Notes under the pieces: generated by a model
What the model saw: the letters and a program-made list of their open reading frames with translations, nothing else
What the model was told of the DNA's origin: nothing
The model's database searches: none
Position numbers and translations under genes: made by a program
Part shown: in pieces, positions 11,056-21,734 of the stretch
Numbering within the stretch: position 1 is the stretch's first letter
Layout: every line of letters begins with the position of its first letter
Assembly (NCBI GenBank): GCA_020137815.1
Contig: WFME01000019.1
Location: forward strand, 1-27,569
Direction of reading: 5' to 3'
DNA: 27,569 nucleotides
Origin: Hormiphora californensis
Lineage: Eukaryota > Animalia > Ctenophora

Positions 11056-12910
11056 CTAATGAATACCACGAAGACAGTCCAATGATATTGATACCTTGCT
11101 CTCTCCTTCAGCTAGATGGATTGCCCCTTGGTTCAGTGAACAGTCTGCGTAAGCCGGGCTATAGGTAACTCCATTACAGTCCCAACTGTTAACACACCAC
11201 ATTATGCAATCAAAGAGCCGGGGGAAGCCTGCTGATGTCTCCTTAGCGTTAACATATGACCCCATTTTAACACAGGAACTGTGTTTATCCCAACTCGCAC
11301 TCACTACCTCTGTGGGAAGGGGGGACGGTTAATATACAGTGTTCATAGTGTGAGATTATCTCAACAATAACAAACCATACCTGAGCAGACTCTGCTGAAT
11401 CCCACTACGTAGCTCATGGGCCACAAGTACCGTCCCCTCCCTTTGTACATGAGACACCACCCAGTTCCAGTTTCAGAGTTGTGGTATGCAGGTTGCTGCC
11501 ATGTCACTACCTCACACTCCCACAACATCTTGCACATAGCCTGACACTTGGCTTCCGTTTGACAGGGCCGAATCTCAATTAGGTCATTTTGGTCGCTAGT
11601 AGGGAAGAACCCGGCACCAGGGTGGGTACAGGCCCCAGCACCTAGCGTACCTGGTAGGGGAGGGTGGATGAAGTGGGTAATATGAAAATGTTAGTCTGGA
11701 AATAAAAATCGGACACTGGACTAGAAAATGAACCATGCCTGCGTCCTATCCTCCACCAAATCCTACCTGTCATGATTTGTTGCATGACAGTTATGTTCCT
11801 CTCCAATCTCTCATCCAATACTGCCACCATCTCTTGGGCTCTCTCTGCCATACAATCCGGGTCCAGACTAGCCAATGAGGCCATGTCTCTATCCAGGTTA
11901 CCTCTCACGGCACTAACTTTCTCCGCCACAGCCCTTTTCAGTTCCTCTACTAGGCGGAGCAGTCTCTCCTCTCCTCCACCATTGATCTCAGTTGTTACAG
12001 GTGCGAGGGGACCAGGGTTTGTAATGACCGGCAGCTCACCAAACCTCGCCTAAAGGTCCAATAGGGTAAAGTGAAATAGTTGGGATCACAAACACAGCAA
12101 GTGGGAACACAGAACATGCTGCTTACGTGAAGTTGGACCTGTATCCCATATGTGGTACCAGAAACAAGATTGTCTAACGAGAACTTAACTTCATCCAACC
12201 CCTGTCAAGAAATAGAAGATTAAATAATGTCAAACTTTAGATTGTACTAATTCACCAACCTGTGTGATTGGGATAGTAATGTTATTCCACGTATCAGAAA
12301 CTACCGCCCTTTGTTCCATCTGAACCACTGAGATAGCTAGATAGTCCATAGACAGTTGAGTGGGCAGTCCCCGCTGTGCTAAATCGATCCTGCTATCAGT
12401 CACTTTGAGAACCTGCAGGTGTTAGGTGATGAAGATTATTTTGCAGTTTCAGTATTTACTGATACAGACTGGCTGAATAATATCTTAGTGTCTTACCTCG
12501 TGTGATTGAAGCCGGTCAATAACAGTCATTGCCTCAATCACCCTCACTTCTCCCTGTACCCCATCTCGCCCCTCTGTAGCCACACTGACCACATACACTG
12601 TTCCCTCTTGCAACCCTTCCACAGTAACATCTCCTTCATCCACTAACATCGATAACTCCTCGCTCTCTCCATCTGGCTTTACCCGGATCCGGTAGGAGAA
12701 TGGTGCCCCGGGGGCGGTGTGGAGAGGTGGGGAGAAGGCGAGGGAGATTGAGGTTGAGGTTAGGGAGGTGAGGTGCAGTGAGGTTACAGGGGAGGTCAGG
12801 GAGGTTTTACAGGTAACCACTGGAGATGGAGCAGAGAATCCTGCATCCGGGAACTGCTTATCGTCGTATATCTGCAGAGATAATGCAGTAGTACTGACTA
12901 GGACTGCTAT
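11056..12910 (-). CDS. FN3-FN3-coiled coil-PAN/apple-PAN/apple protein, 3' part of a gene (5' end missing)
   Basis: Six phase-compatible GT-AG exons: 12910-12497, 12412-12260, 12201-12127, 12049-11767, 11650-11381, 11309-11056. FN3 signatures VEGLQEGTVYVVSV and LDNLVSGTTYGIQV. Heptad-rich segment LLRLVEELKRAVAEKV..LDERLERNI. PAN-type Cys patterns CQAMCKMLWECEVVTW..WCLMY and CIMWCVNSWDCNGVTYSPAYADCSL. Confidence 0.85.
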
Positions 12911-13182
12911 CTGAAAAATTTTCTTTTTAAACTCCCCCCTTTCCCTAATTTCTCTCTCTTCTTCTCCTTCTCTCTCTCTTTCTCTTTTCTCTCTCTCTCT
13001 TTCTCTTTTCTCTCTTTTTTTATCCCACCTACGAGAAAGGGCCCCATAACAAATAGCCCCCCATAGTCAGTTCCCCCCAGGGTGTGTGATCACTGTTTTC
13101 ATTTTTCCCTTTTTCGTGGCTGCGGTCTGAAAGAGCTTAAAGCGCACTTTAAATGTTTTGGGGTTCCCCTTTCGCACACATA

Positions 13183-15940
13183 ATGGTCGCATGCTGTTTT
13201 CCTGTAGTACTCAACACAAAACCCCCCCCGAGGTGAAACGGCTTTATCGATTGATTTGAGATTTTCTGAATCTCAATCACCCCCACAAACTTAAACCCAA
13301 ACAAAACCGTCCTTTCACCCCTCTTTTGTCTCCAAGTGGGGGTTGTTAGTGGGTTTTTAGCTTTGAATTTTAAAGAGGTGTGTACAATAAAGAAAGGATG
13401 GGTAAACATAGGTATGGGGTTAAAAAGTTAATTAGAAGGTTATAATATTCAGTAGAGGAATAAAAATGAAGTTTCCCCCTAGCCCCCCCCCCGGGGGGCC
13501 CCCCGGGGGCCCCCCCTTCCCCAAAGGGATTCAAAAGAAGAGAGGGTTTTTAAGGAGGGAAAACCCCTTTTTGGGGAAAACCCAAAGCTCTCTCTTTCTC
13601 TTCTTCTCTCCCTTTCTCTTCTCCTCTCTTTTCTTTTTTTTCTTGTCAAAATATATCTTCCTTCTTTTTGATGTGTTATATTTTTTAGAAACCCCCTCTT
13701 GAAAGCCCCCAAAATTCCTATCTCCTTGTTTTCCCTGCCTTTTTAAATTTATTCCCTTTTTTGAATCCCGGACAATTGAAAAACTATAGTTTCTGTTTCC
13801 CCCCATTGTATTTTGTTTCAAGATTTTCCTTTCCCTAGTAGTAAGGTTGTGTTAGGCATGTATCTGCATTGAAGATCAGCAACTTGTGTCAATAAAATGC
13901 CTGGCTTTTTCGCAAGCCCCATTCCCTTTATTGGAGGGGAAATAGAGTTCATTCAGCACAGGCTTTTCTCCCCCGGGGGATAAATTAAGTCCGAAAAAAC
14001 ACACTGAAGAAGATCCTGAGAAAACCTTGTGAAAGCACACACTCCCTCACCAAAAAACACCCCTACAACAATATTATTCCATTTCTACGCGCCAGGCTTC
14101 TAACCCCTTCCCTTTCTCTCTCAGAACCCCTTCTAACCCCTTTCCTTCCTCTCTCAGAACCCGCAACAAACGAACCAGTTTTCTCCCGTGGTAGGAGAGT
14201 ATTCTCGGATAGCGGATTGGGCTAAAAGTTTTGATAAGCTACTAGAAGATCCAGATGGAGTGGCGTGTTTCCAAGATTTCCTAAAGAAGGAGTTTGCTGA
14301 GGAGAATATAAAGTTTTGGTTGGCGTGCCGAGATTATGAGGCTCTTACTGACTCAAAACAGGTAAGGCTGATAACATAGAGTGATTAGGTGATTGAGTAA
14401 TTAACAATGCCAAGATGCTGTGAATTGTTGCCTTGCTCGACCCTGTAGGGTTAGAACATAACAAGTGATTATTAGTAATTAACTCAACACCATAGAGACA
14501 GGAGGAAGCGAATAGAATATTATCAGAATACCTGGTATCTGGAGCACCTACACCAATTAACATTGATGCTGCGGGCAAGGATGAAGTAGTCCGGAACAGT
14601 GCTGCTGCCCCTTCCCATCTCTTTAAATCCTCACAGAAACAGGTGAGCCGTGATGAATAATGATAATCTCAATCAAAATAAAGCTGAGGTCATATATGAT
14701 ATATATATTAGGTTGTCCAGTAAAGATTTTCGTTTGGCTTTTATGGAAAAATGTTTTGAGATAGAGCAAAATGGACTTCACCATCGTTTTTCTCACGCGA
14801 TTTTGGATCGAAATATCATGCCTGATATCGGTATATGAATGTTCTGGGGTCTCAGCAGGCTATTTTCTCTACCCCACTCTTGTTGCTGCTGTTCGGGGTT
14901 ACCAAAGTTTTTTAAAAGCTACCCTAAGAAAACTGGTACAGTATTTTTAGCTCCCGTGGTGCTCAATCGATAGCAAATAGTCTAAGGATGAGATATGTAT
15001 GCGATTTTAGGCTCTAGGTGTTGACTTATAACCTCTAGAACAGTTAATGTATCATAAAAAAGCGAAAAAGCGCAAAAAAATGGGGCCTGCTTCACGGGTG
15101 TTTTCGAAAACGCCAATAAATCACTTTTTAAGTCAACCAATCACATAATTGGGTTCACTAAGTCTTAGGACTGACTTAGAACTATCTTTTACTGCAGAGT
15201 TTTTTATTATAAGCCAATCCTGATGAGACCCGGAAGTGAAAGTTTCTAATTTTGACCAAAACTTTTTGAAGGCCCATTGCTCAGTGACAAAATAAAGATA
15301 GGATGTTTTATTACATCTTGAACGATAGGTAATTGTCCAATGAACAAGATTGATGCAAAAAAACATCACTCCGGTACCATTTTTAAGAAGTACAGCAGCT
15401 TTAGTACTAAAACTCGAAAATCGTGATTTTCCATATACAGCGGCAACAAGAGTGGGGTAGAGAAAGTAGCCTGGTGGGAACCGAGAACAGCCATATATCG
15501 ATATCAGGCATAGTATTCCGATCCAAAATCGCGTGAGAAAAACGGTGGTTAAGTCCATTTTGCTCTATCCCAAAACATTTTCCCATAAAAGCCAAACGAA
15601 AATCTTTACTGGACAACCTAATATATACATATAGTGGTCTTGATTTCACACACTGTAGTCTCAATTATGTCTCTAGACTCATTCTCGGGATATATATCAC
15701 TGTTTATGTACTGACATGTCTCAACCAGCAACTATTCAACTCCCCCAGATTTACAATTTAATGATGTTCGGCAAGTACTGGGAGTTTACCCGCTCAGAAG
15801 ACTACCTGAACCTGCTAGAACAGGAGAAGTTAGGGAAGACACCGTTATTCCGGCATTCTGGGGTCCCTGGGAAGGATGGGAAGAGGAGGAATGTTATTGG
15901 GAGTGACAGTTCAGCCAACTCTCACAGAGGAAACAGGAAA
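13183..15940 (+). pseudogene. Truncated second copy or allele of the RGS gene (exons 13183-13203, 14158-14361, 14496-14642, 15749-~15940)
   Basis: Exons 2-3 encode the same protein as copy 1, with only synonymous changes seen. Exon 4 is clean (IYNLMMFGKYWEFTRSEDYLNLL) but breaks off after RGNRK. Confidence 0.75.
14708..15621. mobile_element. Tc1/mariner-type MITE with ~185-bp imperfect TIRs
   Basis: TTAGGTTGTCCAGTAAAGATTTTCGTTTGGC... is mirrored at 15437-15621 and TA-flanked. The empty site GAGGTCATATAGTGG is present in copy 1 (~5340). Confidence 0.88.
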
Positions 15941-15944
15941 GTCT

Positions 15945-16395
15945 TTGGAGTAGGAAGAAATATTTCCAGATTGGAGTACAGTTGTGGTTGCACAATCTGG
16001 GCATTCTTGACGGTGGTATGCTGTGACCACAGGAACATGCCCGGAATAAAGGTCCCTGTCCTGGCATTGTAGAGCTGTCCCAATAACTTGCTTCCTCTTT
16101 CCGTGTTCTCCATCTCCAACAGATCAAACTCTCGAACTGAATTCTCTGCAGAAGATTTCAGAGGACCTCCACCCCGAGCTATGGTTCTGCAACGAGCACT
16201 TCTCCGGTGATAGTACTTCCCTTCTGGGCATGATTTTAACACTGGCTCCTCCCCCTCTCTCTCACATTGCCAATACTTATCAGGGCCGAGGGAGGAGTCT
16301 GCAGCCAGCCTTTTAAGTCCTTTGGGGCATTTGAATGATGGGGAATCCTCTGCTAATGTGAACCGCAGTAGGAGGAATAGAACAAGAGTAAACAT
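15945..16395 (-). CDS. Secreted protein 5' part: signal peptide + CBM14/ChtBD2-like chitin-binding domain + start of a stonustoxin/verrucotoxin-like (MACPF/CDC) domain; truncated
   Basis: Signal peptide MFTLVLFLLLRFTLA. CBM14 pattern FKCP..KYWQC..PVLKSCPEGKYY..ARC. LGQLYNARTGTFIPGMFLW resembles the stonustoxin N-terminal motif LGMLYDAR...IPG..L(W/F). Confidence 0.75.
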
Positions 16396-16699
16396 AATTA
16401 AAGGTGAAAGTAAAGAAGGAAGAGGGGTCGCTATACGCGTGTATTTGACATCTGCTGTCACTCAATTCGCTTAGACCGAGCAGTCTAAATCTTAATTAAC
16501 ACCTCTCCATCTGGTTAATTACGTTAGGGCTCCTTCAAGGTCAAATGATCTACTGTAATATCTGGTTGAATATGTCATGATTTTCAGCTATATCATCAAG
16601 TGATAACAAATTCAATCGAAACCCACCAAAATAGCGGTTTCATTGCATTAACCACAGTTTTGGTTAGTGTGACCAGCAAGATTTGGTACAACATTTCAG

Positions 16700-19600
16700 T
16701 TCTTGCTCTCTCCCCTTGCATTTTGCAACACTTTTCGCTGCTCTCATTGTACTACCTAGTTACACGCTCCCCTGTACTGCACAGTGCACGCAATTATAGT
16801 GAACTTGTAATCTGAAGGGGTATGGCAGGTGCTGTAAACATCAATCAGAGACCAGCTAGAACGCCCCCAACACCCAAGGGAGCTATTTATGATCTGTTTG
16901 CTTCTGATTCTCCACTCATCACAAGTAAGGCGCAGTTGAAGCAGAAGATTACTACAATCGACCTGCATGACGTGGTTCTTGCTTTGCATCTCAACACCCA
17001 CTCCAATTTCGGATTAGTGACCCAACTCCAGAACAAGGTTTGTGAACTGGAGCAACAAGTAGTGGAGTTGAAGAAGGATGTGGAGGTTCTCAAAGAGAAG
17101 ATAGCTGTGCCACCACCACCTCCCCAGCAGGATCCGCATCTAGAGGATCGTGTTTTGGCCCAGGACTGCCTTTTCTCGTCGAGAAACATCACCAAACATA
17201 TTCTTATCGGGGACTTTAATTTCCCCCTTGTTAATTGGCCTACTTCTTATCCTCGTAATCGTGTAGAGGAGCTATTCTTATCCTATCTCTTGAGTGACCT
17301 TGGTCACACCCAGCTTATTAGCTCCCCTACACATTGCAAAGGACGTACACTTGATCTAATGTTTACTAATGATCCAGCGTGTGTCACTGATATCAATGTT
17401 CTTGATCAGCATAGTTTCTGTTTTAGTGATCACTTCCCAGTGTCATTTACGATAAATATTGATGTCGGTGACACTCGTCAGGCTCATAGAAAGATTAGAT
17501 TATATGACAAAGGGGACTATGAGAACATGTCGGCTGATCTTAGCTTCATTGACTGGGCGGCTGAATTCAGTGGTGATATCAACTATAATGTAAATAGATT
17601 TAACACCATTTTGTACAGTCTCCTAGACAAGCATGTACCTTCCAAGGCTGTCAAGCCTATTCTTCTTCCCATCTGGTACGATCATGAATGTGAGAGTGCT
17701 AGAGTGAGAAAGGAGAATCTTAGAAATAGGTGGAAGGAATCTAAATCTCCGACCGACTATGACAATTACAAAGCTGCTAGAAGTCATTTCAAGAATGTGT
17801 GTAACTCTAGTTCTAGGTTGTACTGCGATGTTGATGATTGTGACGTAGTTAGTAGGAAATTTTGGAGACAAGTCAAAGTTACTTCCAAGTCGACTAGGAT
17901 ACCTCCCATTGTTAACAATGGCGAGGTGTTCAGGTCCGATTTGGAGGATCAAGCCAACCTTTTCAATCAGCACTTTGCCTCCAATTTTTCCGAACCAAGC
18001 AGCTACGACATTGATGTTAACAGTAATAACCACACCGTTGTTTGTGATTTCTCAGCTAGCTCTGTGTACAACGTCTTATCTAAACTCAATGCTCGTAAGG
18101 GACCTGGTCCCGATGATCTTCATAGTATTATTTTCAAGAGATGTGCGGGATCCCTGGCACACCCGCTTTCTTTACTTTTTGGTCAGGCATACAGCGGCGG
18201 TGGACTTCCGGCTATCTGGAAGTCTGCCAATGTTGTCCCTGTCCATAAGTCTGGAGATAAGAGGGATGTCCGGAACTACCGCCCTATCTCTTTGACTTGC
18301 ATTGCGAGTAAAGTTTATGAAAGAATTGTCACACAACGCATACTTGACCACTGCTACGACAAAATTGACAGTCGACAACATGGTTTCTTGCCTGGGAGGT
18401 CCTGCTTGACCCAGCTAGTCTCTGTATTTGACGACCTAGTTCTAACCGACAATGACAAACGTACTTCAGACCTTATATATTTTGATTTTAGTAAAGCTTT
18501 TGATTCCGTTAATCATGATTTAATTTTGTACAAACTTAAACATACTTTTAATATTGATGGCAATATGCTTGCTTTTATTCGTAATTACCTCTGTGATCGC
18601 ACCCAGAGAGTGGTTGTTGGCGGGAAATTCTCTTCTAGCCTCCAAGTACTATCTGGTGTCCCACAGGGCAGTATTTTAGGTCCCTTATTATTTGTTTTAT
18701 TTATTAATGATATCACTGAATGTGTGCATGGTGAGTGTAAGATGGCCTTGTATGCTGATGATCTGAAACTCTGGGCTAAGATCGCTAGTATGCAGGATCA
18801 CATTGACATGCAGGTATCTGTGAACAATCTTCATCAATGGTCAATCATGAACAAAATGAATTTTCATCCGAATAAATGCAAAGTTGTTTTCTACCCGCTC
18901 AGCCAGGTGTGAGGCTACTTGGGGCCAGCTCCCTTGCTTCCTCCACTCGTATGTCCTTGGTGATGTTGTCCTTGACAATGTTACTGTTCAAAGGGACCTG
19001 GGTGTGTTAGTCAATAACAAGCTTTCATGGACTGACCATACCGAACACATTCTTCAGCAATTCACAGACAGATTTAACTTAGTTCGGCGTACTACTCATT
19101 TCATCAACAACACTAACCAGCGCCGTATCCTTTTCCTCACTCTGGTACGATCACTACTCGAGCATTGTTCCCCCGTTTGGGCTCCCCAATCGGTAGGTTT
19201 ACTTGATTCGTTAGAAGCTGCTCAGAAGAGGTCTATCAAGTGGGTACTAGGTGTCTCTCATCTCACTAGCTGGAGTGATCAAACTTACCACAGCCACCTT
19301 TCTACCCTGAGTATTCTACCCATTCACCTTCAACTCAAGTACAATGACATGAAACTTATGTATAAGGTTATGACTGGTTTAGTACCTGTGATACTTCCAA
19401 ATTACCTGTATATCAAGTCTCTCGACGATGTTTCCTACACTACTAGATCCAATAAGGATATCATTGACAACACCGACTTTACTACTTTATGCTGTACTGT
19501 CAAACCTTCTAGTGCTGTTTTCCGGAACAGCTATTTCTATCGTTCTTTCTCCTATTGGAACTCCCTCCCAGTGTCTATCAGACAGTCACCCACTTTCCCT

Positions 19601-20303
19601 ACTTTTTGTCATCGACTTAAATCTCACATATTTACTTCTTTTTCTAGTTCCTAGCCTTTGCCCCTTCCCCTTAACCTTGTTTTCAGCATGCCTGGTACCC
19701 TTCCCAGCAGCTCTCCATGGTGGCGGTGGACCTTCCACCTCTTATCTCCCTTTCCATCTCCTAGCCGGCGACCCTTCTTCAACTTCGGAGCAGTGCAGTG
19801 GTGTTTGAGCAAGATGGTTTTGTTTAAGAACACTCTTGTAATTGGACTATTTATGACCCCTATATATAGCTAAACTCTAACTTGTTCTCTAGTTTTACCA
19901 GTAGATTGATTCTAGTATATTAATTACACTTGAGTGGTTTTTATAGATTTATCATATTTGTTATCATGACCTTTTTATAAACTTTTGAGTGTTGTGTGTG
20001 TGGTGTGAGTGAAAGAGTGTGTATGTGTGTGTGTGTGAGTGAGTGAGTTTGTGAGTTTGTAAGATGTATACATTAGTTTTTTGATCCATTTTTAACTTCT
20101 AGAGCTTTAAGAAACTTTTTACTCTCTATTTAATTTATTACCTTTTGTAGTGGAGTATGAAATATTTATTATTAAGTTATTATTGGGTGCCACCTGTCAT
20201 TGTGGCGAGTATGCTACGTTGGTGGAGCCCGTGGACGGTGATATTTAACGATCCATTGACTTTGTCACATACCTGTTCTAAATGTTTTCCCGATAAAAAA
20301 AAT
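16700..20303 (+). mobile_element. Non-LTR retrotransposon, CR1/L2-like LINE, internally deleted
   Basis: Coiled-coil ORF1-like start, C-terminal half of the APE endonuclease (IGDFN, TLDLMF, SDHFPV), an RT domain, and a long AT/GT-rich 3' UTR ending in a short A-run at ~20295-20302. Boundaries are approximate and no TSD was identified. Confidence 0.9.
16822..19654 (+). pseudogene. LINE ORF1-fragment/endonuclease-reverse transcriptase fusion with one frameshift near 18890
   Basis: ORF 16822-18912 has NYRPISLT, QHGF, DFSKAFD, GVPQGSILGPLLF and YADD. ORF 18884-19654 continues with RDLGV, LVRSLLEHCSPVWAP and WNSLP. Confidence 0.9.
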
Positions 20304-20462
20304 ATGATAAGGTGTTCGTGGTGATATTAATCCGGTGTTGAGGGTGGTATCAGAGAAGGATGGTATAATTGTCGGACCCCGATTCACCGGCTCCAGGTAC
20401 AAAACATAATAATAATCGCCCTTAGGATTAGCTAAAATTCGGGGTGGTTTTTATAAACTTAC

Positions 20463-21224
20463 ATTTTTGAGCTGATGATGTCTTTCCAGATCGAAGGAGG
20501 CTGATATTTTTAGGTGTCTTCCCGCATCTCCCACAGGACCCAGGTGTTTTTTCGTCGTCCTCAGGTGAAGATGTCTGTGGGAGAGAGAGATAGTTTATAA
20601 TCTAGATGACTGGGAGAGAGAGAAATAGTTTATAATCTAAATGTCTGTGGGAGAGAGAAATAGTGTATAATCTAGATGACTGGGAGAGAGAAATAGTTTA
20701 GGGGAAACTCTAACTGAATGGCATCCCATTAATGGGATCCCATCAACAGTAAAACTCTAACTGATAATGGACCACAGTGATGGTTCTTTCTCTGTATTCT
20801 CTCTGTGTGCGCGCCCGTGCCCGGGCATGCCCAATGTACTGATTGATTGATTGATTGACTGTCTACAGAGAGAATACAGAGAAAGAACCATCACTGTGGT
20901 CCATTATCAGTTAGAGTTTTACTGTTGATGGGATCCCATTAATGGGATGCCATTCAGTTAGAGTTTCCCCTTATAATCTAGATGACTGGGAGAGAAAAAC
21001 AAATATTAAATTGCAGTAGGGGCTGAATTGGTTTTATTTTCTTACCCTATGATTCAACAAAAAATAAACTTAAGGCGGTGACACTAAACAAAATTATTTG
21101 TAAAATTATCTATGTTCACCTTTGATCGTGTGGGTGTAGTGAAAAGTAACTGCTTCCTTTCTTTTTTATACCGTTTGTTGTCACTCGAGTTTATCCTCCT
21201 GTTCTCTTTGTTTTCTAACACCAT
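20463..21224 (-). CDS. 5' coding exons of a putative cell-cycle-regulated protein (KEN box, Cy/RxL-like motif, several S/T-P sites)
   Basis: Exons 21224-21120 (MVLENKENRRINSSDNKRYKKERKQLLFTTPTRSK|GTGAAC) and 20574-20463 (TSSPEDDEKTPGSCGRCGKTPKNISLLRSGKTSSAQK|GTAAGT) are phase compatible. No folded domain was seen. Confidence 0.45.
20571..20995. repeat. ~33-35-bp minisatellite (ATG(A/T)CTG..GGAGAGAGAAATAGTTTATAATCTAG), 4+ copies, interrupted by a MITE
   Basis: Direct inspection; the units continue after 20970. Confidence 0.85.
20701..20970. mobile_element. Tourist/PIF-Harbinger-type MITE, 106-bp perfect TIRs, TTA target-site duplication
   Basis: 20701-20806 is the exact reverse complement of 20865-20970. 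TTA occurs on both sides, and neighbouring minisatellite units show the unduplicated site. Confidence 0.9.
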
Positions 21225-21734
21225 GATAGCCGCTGTTGATCTAAGACAGTGTGACAAGATGTTTGGTTAAACAGTACATATGCGTTAGAATTTAGGAAAA
21301 TCGCAACGAAAAATATACAAAGGGGAATTTCATCAACTACAACGTACAACTATATTTGTTGATGATGTGATAGTGAATTGAATGAGTCCAGTATAATAGT
21401 TGTAAACACACTTTGACGGGTGACAAGTCCCGAGTCGTTAAATCAAAAATATTATATGGCTACACAAAACAAGACTCGATATGACTTCACAAAACTGGCC
21501 GATTTGAAATCTGATATCCCCAGATTCTAGCCGGGTTTATCTTTCTGGGAGCTAGGGAGCGTGTATGAGGATGTTTCCAGGGTAACTGGCCCCTGAGATA
21601 AGGAAACTAAGGGTGCAAAATAAGCTAATTCAAACAGCTGCACCACGGTCACCGAATCGCGCCGATGGGAGTCCGGAGAAATGAGGATGTAATTGAAGGA
21701 GGGGCCAGATAAGAGGATTTAAATTTTCAACATA

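Larger units (their letters stand above)
12950..15940 (+). repeat. Duplicate of ~2130-5660 (5' half of the RGS gene)
   Basis: 14005-14695 and 15630-15940 are near-identical to 4655-5345 and 5345-5660. 12950-14000 is a homopolymer-noisy version of 2130-2910 plus 4320-4650. Confidence 0.92.

Noticed and set aside
13466-13821. Pro/Gly/Lys-rich ORFs and G/C homopolymer palindrome
   Set aside because: A homopolymer-inflated noisy copy of intron 1.
16887-18381. Antisense and alternate-frame ORFs within the LINE
   Set aside because: Shadow ORFs of the RT frame.
20571-20700. CRISPR-like periodic repeats
   Set aside because: There are no unique spacers; this is a eukaryotic minisatellite.
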